A stretch of DNA of 64,000 nucleotides from a bacterium (GTDB lineage: Bacteria; Patescibacteriota; Doudnabacteria; UBA920; 2-01-FULL-46-14): contig JAUYKH010000003.1 of NCBI GenBank assembly GCA_030700065.1, positions 2,876 through 66,875 of the forward strand, read 5' to 3'. How positions within the stretch are numbered: the first letter of the stretch is position 1; every line of letters begins with the position of its first letter. The notes under the pieces were generated by a model, which saw only the letters and a program-made list of their open reading frames with translations, was not told the origin of the DNA and made no database searches. Both the position numbers and the translations under genes were made by a program. Positions 46,600-55,854 of the stretch are shown here, in pieces.

Positions 46600-46851
46600 A
46601 TGAAACAGAATAAACAAACAGACAATCAAGATGAAACTAAATTTCTAGGTAGAATTACCTATGAAGATGGCACTTCGAAATCATGCTTTCCGGTATTGCT
46701 TGAAGACGCAAGCTTTTATGAAAGATTAAAATTTCGGTTGAACCGATGGCTTGACAAGAACCTAATAGTCGTTGTTGTTATTGTTGGCTTCTTTGGTATC
46801 TTCGCTTTATTTTTCTTTATAACTTTTTTAATAATCGGACTGTTTAGGTAA
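46600..46851 (+). CDS. Small protein with a C-terminal TM segment
   Basis: 83-aa ORF, tightly packed in the array. Confidence 0.55.
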   Translation: MKQNKQTDNQDETKFLGRITYEDGTSKSCFPVLLEDASFYERLKFRLNRWLDKNLIVVVVIVGFFGIFALFFFITFLIIGLFR

Positions 46852-47175
46852 ATGACTTCAACACATGATAAAATTTGGGAAAAAGAATATGAATTAGGCC
46901 AAGTACCAGATTGTCCACATTGTAGCCAAGAGAATTATACACACGAATGCAGAAATTGTTATGGAGATATCACTAAGGAGCTTTGTTGGAAAAATAACGG
47001 CTACTGTGATAAGTGCTTTGATTTTATTCACAACCAAATCCCAAAAATCCAGGCCGAGAAAAAAAGACTCGGAGTGCTATGTCAATGCGAAGATTTGCAC
47101 TGTGCTAAATGCCTAGGCCTCAATTGCCAAGATAAAGATTGCCCGGTACATACCAAGGAGAGAACTTATTTATGA
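46852..47175 (+). CDS. Cys-rich zinc-binding protein
   Basis: Multiple CxxC motifs (CPHC, CRNC, CDKC, CAKC) and C-terminal 'CQDKDCPVH'. Confidence 0.6.
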   Translation: MTSTHDKIWEKEYELGQVPDCPHCSQENYTHECRNCYGDITKELCWKNNGYCDKCFDFIHNQIPKIQAEKKRLGVLCQCEDLHCAKCLGLNCQDKDCPVHTKERTYL

Positions 47176-47309
47176 AAGAAAATTCGATCTTCTTGAATTC
47201 TGCTAGACCCTGGCTAGTTAACTCTGAAGATATTAAGTCTGCAGTAGATTCTAAGTTAGCTGGAGCTTGGTTTGATTTTACAATGCCATTCGAACAAATA
47301 ATGAGATGA
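47172..47309 (+). CDS. 45-aa ORF or gene fragment
   Basis: ATGA overlap with the previous stop; MKENSIFLNSARPWLVNSEDIKSAVDSKLAGAWFDFTMPFEQIMR. Confidence 0.3.
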   Translation: MKENSIFLNSARPWLVNSEDIKSAVDSKLAGAWFDFTMPFEQIMR

Positions 47310-47447
47310 TAACAACAGATCATCTCGGATTGAACTTCGGTCTGTAAGTAATGTGAAGAGAGACAATATCAGATTATTTCTGAAAAATTACTGATCTAAA
47401 TTAGTCAATTTTTTTGGTTTTTTGTGCGTGAGAAAACGTGAGAAAAA

Positions 47448-47855
47448 ATGCGAAAGTTTGAGCTCGAAGCTGAAATCATCAACAACATTGTTCCGCGAGA
47501 ATCTGGAATATATTTCATCCATGCTGATTTTCAATTTCCGAGATTGAAAGGCAAAACAGACATTCTCTATATTGGCACAAGTAAAAGTAATCTCAGAAAA
47601 AGATTGGGCACATTTATAAGAGGTTTTAAGATGATAGATAAGCTACTAAAACGATACGATTGGGAGGAAGCAATAAAAAAGTTTCAAGGTTCCCGGAAAG
47701 CCACACCTCGATCATGGCGGTTATCAAGACAACTTAAACGGCAGTTATATTTTACCTATGAAATATGTGAAGATTGCAGGACCAGAGAAAATGAACTTTT
47801 GTATGAATTTGAAAAAAAACATTTTGAATTGCCCCCTCTCAATCATGCGAATTAG
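47448..47855 (+). CDS. GIY-YIG-like nuclease domain protein
   Basis: 'PRESGIY', 'ILYIGTSKSNLRKRL', 'RENELL', 'LPPLN'. Confidence 0.7.
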   Translation: MRKFELEAEIINNIVPRESGIYFIHADFQFPRLKGKTDILYIGTSKSNLRKRLGTFIRGFKMIDKLLKRYDWEEAIKKFQGSRKATPRSWRLSRQLKRQLYFTYEICEDCRTRENELLYEFEKKHFELPPLNHAN

Positions 47856-48197
47856 CAGCGCAGAAAAAGTTATATCATAAATCAATAAGGTTCCAATACT
47901 TACCGGAAAACTGTAAAAGTCAGTCTTAAAATTTAGTCCGGCGAAATCTCGATTGATAAACATGGAAGATCCTGCGATGGGGGATGTGCTATTTTAACAA
48001 CAGACCCGGAAACTTCTAGAGAAGGCTATATTTTTATACAAAACGGTTTAGTATCTAATTAGACTTTCAGCTGAGCATAAACCCATGATATTTGATTGCC
48101 ATAGATAGCGGCTTTTCCAATATGCTTGCGCCAGACTTGAAATTTTGACCAAAAAATGCCAGACTTCTAGTAATAACACATCTAATCATAAAGAAAA

Positions 48198-49127
48198 ATG
48201 AGTATTGAAAAAAAGTGGCTAGCACCTGTTTATAAAAGACTTGCTAAATCTGAACTGGGAAAGGCAAGCCATACATCCGGCATCGTACCAACGAGAATCA
48301 CGACACGTTACTTCGGAATCCCGAGATTAAAAAAAACACATACCATAAATAGAATCAGTATAGAATTCTGGTATGAAAACAAAAGCACGTTTATAACTAC
48401 AAACGTAAATTATCATGAAGCCGAAACACATCAAAAACAGATTCACTTAAGTGGCAATTTGTTTCCGACCTATAAAAAATTTGGCGCAGAACAAGGAGAT
48501 ATTGTAGTGTTCTGGAGGTCGGCAGATGGTGATAAACTTTTTAAAGCAGAACTGATAAAGCAAAATTCAAGCAGGTGGAAACAAATCAAGAGCCGTCGAC
48601 ATTTCCCTGGTTCGGGGGGATTTATAATTCTTGATCCACCAGGAAAAGGAATCGCCGCTGGTTTTGTTGGTGAGAACCAAGATGAATATCAAATTCCTTC
48701 CAGTGTAGAACTTGAATTCACTGTTGCAAATTTTCCTCCAGAAAAAAGACGCGGTAAATTAGTGCAAAAACAGACTGAAGCTCCCTTAAGAAGCAAAATC
48801 AAAGGAGATTTTGTACTTAAAATGCGAAACTATAAATGCGAGGGCAACCTCTCTCATAATACTTTTATTACACCAAATGGTTTTCCGTATATGGAGAAGC
48901 ATCACTTGATCCCAATGAAGTATTATGACGAGTTCGAATATGACCTTGATGACATCAATAACCTCATTTCATTGTGCCCGGTGTGCCATCGAAAAATACA
49001 TTATGGCAAAACGGATGAAAAGGTCTCTCTAATAGAGAGCCTTTGGAATAAACACAAGACTGATCTGGAAAAATCAAATCTGAGTATTGAGATCAGTGAG
49101 TTAAAGAAAAAATATTCATCTGAATAA
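48198..49127 (+). CDS. HNH endonuclease with an EcoRII-N-like N-terminal domain (putative restriction enzyme)
   Basis: 'YKCE...H.TF...G.PYMEKHHLIP...NLISLCPVCHRKIHYG'; N-terminal 'KRLAKSELGKASHTSGI'. Confidence 0.75.
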   Translation: MSIEKKWLAPVYKRLAKSELGKASHTSGIVPTRITTRYFGIPRLKKTHTINRISIEFWYENKSTFITTNVNYHEAETHQKQIHLSGNLFPTYKKFGAEQGDIVVFWRSADGDKLFKAELIKQNSSRWKQIKSRRHFPGSGGFIILDPPGKGIAAGFVGENQDEYQIPSSVELEFTVANFPPEKRRGKLVQKQTEAPLRSKIKGDFVLKMRNYKCEGNLSHNTFITPNGFPYMEKHHLIPMKYYDEFEYDLDDINNLISLCPVCHRKIHYGKTDEKVSLIESLWNKHKTDLEKSNLSIEISELKKKYSSE

Positions 49128-50198
49128 ACTATTAAGCAGAGATGTTTTTCTAAAGATTGACTTCAGTACTGTTTCTGCCACGTTAACGGTAATTGCATTC
49201 CCGGATTGACGGTATAATTGTGTATCCGAAACCCCGGCACTTTTTGCTTTATAAACGAACTCATCAGGAAAACCCTGTAATCTGAAAGCTTCAACAGGGG
49301 TGATTCTTCTTATTCTGCCCGGCCCCTCAGTGCTTTCAGCCAGTGCTACTGACTGTTTAATATTGCTGAAATTTCCGAAAATAAAGCGATCAGAATAATA
49401 GTTATCCTGGTTTGCCCTATGGAGTTTATGCATTGTAGCAGTCAATGGTCTGGCAATTAACCGATTTATTTCCGATTTAGAACTATATCCACCTGTGCCA
49501 TCGGAAAGAATAGTTTTCAATATTTTTTTTGACAGATAATATTTGTCATCAACCTCCCTTTCAAGAAGGTGCCAAACTGTTTTATATCTTTGAGAAGTTT
49601 TTTCTTTCTGGAACTCCAGTTCTTTGATCTCTTCATAAACTCCTTGATTTTTTGTCCCTATAAGATATATGCGTCTTCTGGTCTGAGGTACACCAAAATT
49701 ATGGCTATTCAGAACATCAACACGCACTTTGTATTCCAACTTGACGGTTAGAATATCAAGAATACGTTGCAGAGTTTTCCCGTTATCGTGGCTCTGCAGG
49801 CCCCTAACATTTTCCAGTACAAAAAGTTGTGGTTTTTTCGTTTCTAATATTTTCGCTATATAGAAGAATAAAGTACCTCTTGCATCTGTAAATCCTTTCT
49901 TGAGTCCCATCAAGCTGAAAGGTTGACAGGGAAAGCCGGCAAAAAGAACTTCAAAATCCGGAATACTTTTTTCTATAGTTTTTTTCGATTCAAATTTTGT
50001 AATATCTCCGAGTCCTGTTTCTGAATCCACATCAAAATTTGTCCCATAAGTAAGTACTGCGTTTTTATCTATTTCACTGTACCCGACACATTTGGTATTT
50101 AAACCAATTTTTTTTCCGACCCTCTCCATTGCCAACCTAAAACCACCAATTCCGGAAAATAAATCTAAATACCGAACCTGTTCATTTCTGTTAAACAT
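49116..50198 (-). CDS. dcm: DNA (cytosine-5)-methyltransferase
   Basis: 'DLFSGIGG', 'GFPCQPFS', 'ENV', 'PQTRRRIY', 'RLQGFPD', 'GNAI'. Confidence 0.95.
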   Translation of the reverse strand: MFNRNEQVRYLDLFSGIGGFRLAMERVGKKIGLNTKCVGYSEIDKNAVLTYGTNFDVDSETGLGDITKFESKKTIEKSIPDFEVLFAGFPCQPFSLMGLKKGFTDARGTLFFYIAKILETKKPQLFVLENVRGLQSHDNGKTLQRILDILTVKLEYKVRVDVLNSHNFGVPQTRRRIYLIGTKNQGVYEEIKELEFQKEKTSQRYKTVWHLLEREVDDKYYLSKKILKTILSDGTGGYSSKSEINRLIARPLTATMHKLHRANQDNYYSDRFIFGNFSNIKQSVALAESTEGPGRIRRITPVEAFRLQGFPDEFVYKAKSAGVSDTQLYRQSGNAITVNVAETVLKSIFRKTSLLNSLFR

Positions 50199-50220
50199 TT
50201 TTGTTTTTTCATTTTAATCT

Positions 50221-51372
50221 CTAAAAAGCTATTCGCTTTACGTTTTTTGCTATTATTCCTGCCAGGATCGGTGGGACAGAGTTTCCAATTTGATTATACC
50301 ATTGTGTAAAGGGACCGTAAAAAATATAGTTATCGGGAAAACTCTGGATTCTTGCTGCCTCTCTCGGAGTCAGTCCCCTCGTTTCATAGGGATGAATGTA
50401 CATATGACAGTCGAATTTCATATGTGAGGTGATGGTTTTTGAAGGTTCGTTAGGGAGAAGCTTATAAAATTTATCTTTAAAAATACCATTTCTTTTTGTG
50501 TACGGCATGATATGAGAAATAACAGGGTGGTCTGACTTTCCTCCCTGGGGCAATAGCCTGTATATCTCTATATCTCTTTTATTATTATATCTTGTTTTGT
50601 GATTGAATATAAATTCCGGAATTTTGCCACCATTGATTTTAAGGATATACTCGGGAGGTTTTTCTTTCGGGAAAAGTTCATCTTTTGTAAATCCATGGTC
50701 CCTTGATTCTATACTCGTATCATTCTTTTCTGATTTTGGTTGTAATTTTCTCAGTCCCCATAAAGCATCTTTTATAGGAACTTCTTTTGTTTCTTGATGT
50801 TTTAGAATCTGTGCAAATATGCGCTCTATTATATCATAAGGATTTTTAAATTTATCCGATCTACATCCGATGTAAAAAATTCTTTCTCTATTCTGTGGTA
50901 TTCCAAAGAATTTGGCATTTAAAACCCTATATTGTGTTTGATATCCGATTTTAAGAGAATCGTAAACAACTTGATCAGCAACTTTATTCATACCTTTAAC
51001 ATTCTCCATCAAAAACATTTTCGGCTTTATAATAGAAATGGCCTCCATAAATTTTTTATATAATTTATTTCTAGGATCATCAATAAGTCTTTGTCTGTTA
51101 GCCATACTAAAACCCTGGCAAGGGGGGCCTCCAACAACCAGATCACATTTAATACTAGCCAATTCCTTACTTTTATCCTTTATGAAATCCTCTATATCAC
51201 CGCACACAATCCTGTCCGGTGATATATGAAGGTAGTTCTTTTGGAACGTTTCAATTGAATGTTTATCTATATCATTTGCATACAGAGGTATGAATCCCTG
51301 TGATTCAAAGCCGATAGATAGCCCTCCTGCTCCGCAGAACAAATCAATAAAGGTAATTTTATTATTTTTCAT
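50221..51372 (-). CDS. dcm: DNA (cytosine-5)-methyltransferase
   Basis: 'DLFCGAGG', 'GGPPCQGFS', 'ENV', 'PQNRERIF', 'RIQSFPD', 'QIGNSVPP'. Confidence 0.95.
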   Translation of the reverse strand: MKNNKITFIDLFCGAGGLSIGFESQGFIPLYANDIDKHSIETFQKNYLHISPDRIVCGDIEDFIKDKSKELASIKCDLVVGGPPCQGFSMANRQRLIDDPRNKLYKKFMEAISIIKPKMFLMENVKGMNKVADQVVYDSLKIGYQTQYRVLNAKFFGIPQNRERIFYIGCRSDKFKNPYDIIERIFAQILKHQETKEVPIKDALWGLRKLQPKSEKNDTSIESRDHGFTKDELFPKEKPPEYILKINGGKIPEFIFNHKTRYNNKRDIEIYRLLPQGGKSDHPVISHIMPYTKRNGIFKDKFYKLLPNEPSKTITSHMKFDCHMYIHPYETRGLTPREAARIQSFPDNYIFYGPFTQWYNQIGNSVPPILAGIIAKNVKRIAF

Positions 51373-51778
51373 TCTTTTCGAGATAATCCATAACCTTTGC
51401 TATACACTTATTCGGATTAGTTTTTATTTGGTGCCCCCAAAATCTTAAGACCTTAATACCGTTTTTTCGGAGGTACATGCTTATTTTTCTATCTCTTTTT
51501 ATATTTTCTCTGATTTTTTCTTTCCAGAAGCCGGCATTACTTGCAGGAGCTATATAACATCTGGGGCATTTATGCCAGAAACAGCCATCTAAAAATACAG
51601 CTAATTTATTTTTCGGGAAAAATACATCTGGTTTTCCGTAAATTTTGGTTTTAATTCTATAATTTTTTAATCCTGCGCTGTAAAGGGATTTTCTGAAATT
51701 CAATTCCAATGTAGTATTCCGTGCTTTTATCTGCGACATGTTAAAACTGCGTTGTTTTCTGGTATGAACATCAGCCAT
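51362..51778 (-). CDS. vsr: Very-short-patch repair endonuclease
   Basis: 'MADVHT..QRS.NMSQIK..NT..E', 'GKPD', 'FLDGCFWHKCP'. Confidence 0.93.
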   Translation of the reverse strand: MADVHTRKQRSFNMSQIKARNTTLELNFRKSLYSAGLKNYRIKTKIYGKPDVFFPKNKLAVFLDGCFWHKCPRCYIAPASNAGFWKEKIRENIKRDRKISMYLRKNGIKVLRFWGHQIKTNPNKCIAKVMDYLEKNEK

Positions 51779-52406
51779 TGTCTGGTTTTTTTACGACTTG
51801 TATGACTTTTCCCGCACAATGATAACTTACTTCATTAGGGTGAATATAAATTGGCGGAAAATCTTGAGTTGATTCAGAAGATAAGACAACCTCTTGACGT
51901 TTCTGATCTATAAAGATTTTCTTGATATTTGCTGTATTATCTATAATTGAGACTATGTAATCTTTGTTTCCTGGAGTTTTATCCTCACTATCTACTATAA
52001 CATAGTCCCCGTCTTGTATTGATTGTCCTTTGATATTTGCTTTATTCATTGATGAGCCGACTGCTTTCAGAGCAAAGAGGCCCTTTTTTCTTTTTATAAG
52101 CTTAGAGGATAATTTTAAATACCCCTCAATATTATTTTCTGCAACAATAGAAGCAGGGCCACAATCAGCAGCTCCGACAATTGGGATACTTACAAACTGA
52201 CTATCTCGTACAGAATCGGTTATTTTTTTGATTATTTTGTTTTTCTTGTCTAACTTGACCAGTCCTTTATCAACCAACATCTGGAGGTGGTGCTTGATTT
52301 TTTGAGGATGGTCCACTCCGACAAGTTCACCAATTTCTCGGAGTTTTAAAGCTCCTATATTATTTTCTGATATCAACTTTAGAAGTTTCTCCTGGATAAT
52401 GTGCAT
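51771..52406 (-). CDS. LexA-like repressor (HTH plus S24 peptidase)
   Basis: 'LREIGELVG...IKHHLQMLVDKG', 'IPIVGAADCG', catalytic 'GSSM' and 'IKK'. Start at ATG 52406. Confidence 0.85.
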   Translation of the reverse strand: MHIIQEKLLKLISENNIGALKLREIGELVGVDHPQKIKHHLQMLVDKGLVKLDKKNKIIKKITDSVRDSQFVSIPIVGAADCGPASIVAENNIEGYLKLSSKLIKRKKGLFALKAVGSSMNKANIKGQSIQDGDYVIVDSEDKTPGNKDYIVSIIDNTANIKKIFIDQKRQEVVLSSESTQDFPPIYIHPNEVSYHCAGKVIQVVKKPDNG

Positions 52407-52412
52407 AAATAT

Positions 52413-52484
52413 ATTATAATCTATCGACAGGATTTTGTCAACCCCAGTTGAAAACTTGACAAAGTCATTTTTCTCAGTCATAAT
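52413..52484. promoter_or_regulatory. Back-to-back near-consensus sigma70 promoters
   Basis: Minus strand TTGACA (52436-52441)-17-TATAAT (52413-52418); plus strand TTGACA (52456-52461)-17-CATAAT (52479-52484). Confidence 0.75.
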
Positions 52485-52499
52485 TGAAGTACCGGCATC

Positions 52500-52709
52500 A
52501 TGGCCACTACCGCAAATTTAACTTTTAAGCCATGGGAAGGATTTATATGTACCGAAGACGAAGAGGGCATGATACTTGGCATTTCTGCAGCAACTGTTCC
52601 AACTGGCCAACTTCTGATTGTGACTCCAGGCAGGACAAACCCACTTCCGGGGAATTCTGCAATGAGTGTCGCGCAAAGCGGGACAACGGAGAGTGCCGTT
52701 AAGGAGTAG
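52500..52709 (+). CDS. Small hypothetical protein divergent from the LexA-like gene
   Basis: 69-aa ORF immediately after the plus-strand promoter. Confidence 0.45.
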   Translation: MATTANLTFKPWEGFICTEDEEGMILGISAATVPTGQLLIVTPGRTNPLPGNSAMSVAQSGTTESAVKE

Positions 52710-53065
52710 TAGAAATTGACGGAGGTAGCGGTGAGTATTTAACTTTATAGTCTTATGCTTATCGTTCAGTAAAAGCAGGATCAATGGCTATGTTGATCCT
52801 GCTTTTATTATTGAAGTATAGATATCCCTTACCAAAGCAAAATAAGTTTTCCAATTATCCCGAACGTCTCCAGGGAAGTACTTGAGAGCGCTGTCTTAAA
52901 GCCATTTCAAAGAGTTTTCCAAAATCCTGTTGCTTGCCCTTTGGACACGAAAAAACCAATTTGGCTCACATTAGCCAAAGTTTGAGATTCTCGTGTTGCT
53001 TGACCAATCGGCTTTGGAAAACTAAAAGCTGTTATTTAACACAAAAAAGCGTATAATTAAAACAA

Positions 53066-53242
53066 ATGGTTAAAGTTAGGAAGTACATTTTAAGTGGCCT
53101 AATTGCAATTGCCTTATTTTCTATTTTGGCTTTTTTCTTTAACTTCTTGGGTGCAGAAGATGGTTTGGAAGCGTATTTAGGACTATGTGCAACATTTTTA
53201 GCTGTATATTTATATCGCGAGCACCATGGCAAAATACAGTAA
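53066..53242 (+). CDS. 58-aa two-TM membrane protein
   Basis: Manual translation MVKVRKYILSGLIAIALFSILAFFFNFLGAEDGLEAYLGLCATFLAVYLYREHHGKIQ; TATAAT upstream; overlaps the next gene. Confidence 0.55.
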   Translation: MVKVRKYILSGLIAIALFSILAFFFNFLGAEDGLEAYLGLCATFLAVYLYREHHGKIQ

Positions 53243-53513
53243 GATAATTATTTTTGTTTTGGTAATATTTCTTTTTATACTTGGCCAAAAATATAAAGCT
53301 TTGCAATCTGAGAATGAGGACTTATCTGCCGAGAACGAGGATATATCCGCGCTGGTTGATGAATACGACTATTCTTTAAGCCAAGCAAATGACAATATAG
53401 ATGAAGCGAACTCTATTATCGAAGATGCACAAGGATACGCATGGTCTAGCTATGAAGAAATGGGGGAAGCTTTAGATAACTTAACGACCGTAGATACAGT
53501 AAGTGCTCCTTAA
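53226..53513 (+). CDS. Membrane-anchored acidic coiled-coil protein
   Basis: N-terminal TM segment followed by acidic heptads. Confidence 0.65.
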   Translation: MAKYSKIIIFVLVIFLFILGQKYKALQSENEDLSAENEDISALVDEYDYSLSQANDNIDEANSIIEDAQGYAWSSYEEMGEALDNLTTVDTVSAP

Positions 53514-53516
53514 TTC

Positions 53517-53747
53517 ATGTTGAAAGAAGTTTTATTTAAAATTAAGAGTCATTCATCAAAAATTTTAAAAATAATATTGATTTTAAGTATTGTTGGTGGG
53601 CTATTTTATTGGTATGAATATAGACCAGTAAGAATAAAACAATATTGTATGAAAGAGACGATCGAAAGGGTAAAGAATGCCAACAGGGCCACGGCCAGTA
53701 CAATTAGGCTACTCTATTGGAGATGCACGATAGAAAAAGGTTTATAA
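53517..53747 (+). CDS. Small membrane-anchored protein
   Basis: TM segment then 'FYWYEYRP.RIKQYC...CTIEKGL'. Confidence 0.65.
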   Translation: MLKEVLFKIKSHSSKILKIILILSIVGGLFYWYEYRPVRIKQYCMKETIERVKNANRATASTIRLLYWRCTIEKGL

Positions 53748-54040
53748 TGAAGAAAGTGGCAATACTCATAATTGCTGTAAGTTTCACTGCTAGTAGCTGT
53801 AACAATCAAGTATCTACGGGAATTAATCAATCTTCCGAAATTCAGGAACAAAAATCAGCTCCAGAAAAAACAAAATCAAGCTGTGATCCCAACTATTCAG
53901 GATGCGTTCCAATCGCCAGTGATGTGGACTGTGCCGGAGGAAGTGGAAACGGTCCAGCATATATAAGCGGGCCGCTGAAAGTCATTGGCACAGATATCTA
54001 CGGTTTGGATAGAGATCACGACGGTTTCGCTTGTGAATAA
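53747..54040 (+). CDS. Lipoprotein with an Excalibur-like Ca-binding C-terminus
   Basis: Lipobox-like 'ASSC'; 'CDPNYSGCVPIASDVDCAGGSGNGP...DIYGLDRDHDGFACE'. Confidence 0.75.
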   Translation: MKKVAILIIAVSFTASSCNNQVSTGINQSSEIQEQKSAPEKTKSSCDPNYSGCVPIASDVDCAGGSGNGPAYISGPLKVIGTDIYGLDRDHDGFACE

Positions 54041-54115
54041 TCCAAATTGTTGGTAAATAACTTATAGATATCCTTTAAGTTACTCGAACGAAAAAATTAA
54101 AAATCTTGTTGACTT

Positions 54116-54694
54116 ATGGAATCAAATATACATAAAGTGGAAATTGTTAAAGCGCCGCTTCCAAAAAACTGGCCTTCCATTATCGCGCTTGTAATTTCTA
54201 TAATTTCCCTTGGTTTTGTTGGATATAACTACTTTATTCTAGAACGAGCCTTAATTGGAATTTCTGATTTTAAAATAGAACGAGCCTTAATTAAAGACGA
54301 AGCATTATTGGTTTTATTTTACAATATTACTAATTATGGTAACGTACCGGCCCGTGATGTAAAATTAAAAATTTATACAATTCCAGTTGATGACGATAAT
54401 AATAAAGGTGAGCTAGCGTGGAATGACTCTGTTCCTGGCATGGTTTTTCCGAATACATCCTTGCCTTATGGTGGTATCCACTTTTTTAAAATTGGCGATG
54501 GTGAATCGCTTGGTAAAACAGTAGCACTGGTGTTTGATATAGAATACAAAGACTCTCTGGTCGGAAGTAGAACAACACAGCTATGGTTTAAGTATACAAT
54601 TGGCGATGAGGGAAAAGATGTTGTTCAATATCTACTTGGTAGCGAGAAGAGAAAGATTGATAACAAATATTTAGAGCTTAAAACTAATCCATAA
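54116..54694 (+). CDS. Membrane-anchored hypothetical protein (Ig-like)
   Basis: N-terminal TM segment, 'ITNYGNVPARDV'. Confidence 0.65.
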   Translation: MESNIHKVEIVKAPLPKNWPSIIALVISIISLGFVGYNYFILERALIGISDFKIERALIKDEALLVLFYNITNYGNVPARDVKLKIYTIPVDDDNNKGELAWNDSVPGMVFPNTSLPYGGIHFFKIGDGESLGKTVALVFDIEYKDSLVGSRTTQLWFKYTIGDEGKDVVQYLLGSEKRKIDNKYLELKTNP

Positions 54695-54781
54695 GAACGA
54701 TACGGTATAATCGCCATGATTAATGATTTCGTCTCAAAAACGATTTGCCACTTTTACCAGCGGCTCACTGCTGTTTTTTCA

Positions 54782-54875
54782 TTATACTAGCGTCTGGGGT
54801 GTCAAAGTAAAAATCTGATAGATATCAAAAACAAGTCTCTCAAAAGTTTTCAACCTGTCTCGAAACGGTCTACCA
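54782..54875 (-). other. Right att arm of element 2, encoding the detached LSR2 C-terminal tail
   Basis: Core ggtctacca; in the LSR2 frame reads GRPFRDRLKTFERLVFDIYQIFTLTPQTLV*. Confidence 0.65.
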
Positions 54876-54933
54876 TCTGGAAAATATTCGATTGACCAAT
54901 TGACTATTTTAGGAATTGAGGTAAAATTACAGC

Positions 54934-55146
54934 ATGATTCAACAATTTACCGCAATTTATAAAAAGCACGGCAAATGGTTTTCAGGTTGGGTGGAAGAAA
55001 TTCCCGGGGTCAATACCCAAGGCAAAACTTTGAAAGAAGCAAAAGAAAATTTGAAAGAAGCCTTGTCGCTTGTGCTTGAAGTGAATCGAGCAATGACCAG
55101 AAAGGAAATTTCGGGCAAGGTTATCCGGGAACCGCTTAAGCTCTAG
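54934..55146 (+). CDS. hicB: HicB-family antitoxin
   Basis: 'EEIPGVNTQGKTLKEAKENLKEALSLVL'. Confidence 0.88.
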   Translation: MIQQFTAIYKKHGKWFSGWVEEIPGVNTQGKTLKEAKENLKEALSLVLEVNRAMTRKEISGKVIREPLKL

Positions 55147-55151
55147 CTTAA

Positions 55152-55343
55152 ATGAAACGTGCTGATCTGATCCGTCATCTTTTCAGACACGGTTGCGTAT
55201 TTATCAGAGAAGGCGGCAATCACAGTGTGTTTTTCAATCCTGAATTACGAAAAGTTTCTACAATTCCGAGACATAAAGAAATCAATGATTTTTTAGCCAA
55301 GAAAATCTGCAGGGATTTGGGAATACCCAAACCGCGCCGATAA
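55152..55343 (+). CDS. hicA: HicA-family mRNA interferase
   Basis: 'LIRHL...GC.FIREGGNHSVF.NP.....TIPRHKEI...LAKKICRDL'. Confidence 0.9.
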   Translation: MKRADLIRHLFRHGCVFIREGGNHSVFFNPELRKVSTIPRHKEINDFLAKKICRDLGIPKPRR

Positions 55344-55491
55344 ATCGCTCCACGGCGATTTTTTAGTTTTTACCAATGCGATCTGGAAAACCTAAAGCTG
55401 TAATCTTGGGGGAGACGAAGAATATTTCCGTTCAGTTCGGTCAACAACAAAAGAAGCCTGATTCTCATCAGACTTCTAGAAAGTTGAGCCC

Positions 55492-55854
55492 TTAATCGGA
55501 CTCGGGTGGTTCTGAGCGGGTCGCTTCCAAAGCCAGGTCAATCACGGCACGTAGATTTCTCAACGTCTCGTGATCGATGACAAAACCAAAGAACTTTTTC
55601 TCCATGAGCTGGCCGTGCACGTCACGATGCGAATCGTGACAATGGCAGAAAGCAATGGCCACCGAGTCAGGGCCAGCGCAACTTTCAAAAGCAACCGCGA
55701 TCTCACCGAGCTGGACGGCCGAGTCTTCAAGCTCCTTCTTCCACCTTTCGAGATTGGCAGGAAAAAAAATTTGAGGAGCGTCCATGTCCATCTTTTCTTC
55801 CCCTTGCCTCACCGGTCCCGGAATGCCAACTTGAATACCTCCAAAACTGATCAT
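55492..55854 (-). CDS. Hypothetical protein
   Basis: 120-aa ORF with AAGGAGG RBS and an upstream TTGACA. Confidence 0.55.
   Translation of the reverse strand: MISFGGIQVGIPGPVRQGEEKMDMDAPQIFFPANLERWKKELEDSAVQLGEIAVAFESCAGPDSVAIAFCHCHDSHRDVHGQLMEKKFFGFVIDHETLRNLRAVIDLALEATRSEPPESD

Larger units (their letters stand above)
41887..54875. mobile_element. Integrative element 2 (LSR, replication-like module, R-M and small-gene cargo)
   Basis: Begins at the att core inside LSR2; ends at ggtctacca (54867-54875); cargo visibly AT-rich. Confidence 0.75.

Noticed and set aside
47860-48190. ORF 47745-47963 and neighbouring fragments
   Set aside because: Antisense overlap with the GIY-YIG-like gene, multiple stops, no recognisable family.
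45906-54694. Integron cassette array
   Set aside because: Genes overlap or abut with no attC-type sites, and there is no tyrosine integron integrase.
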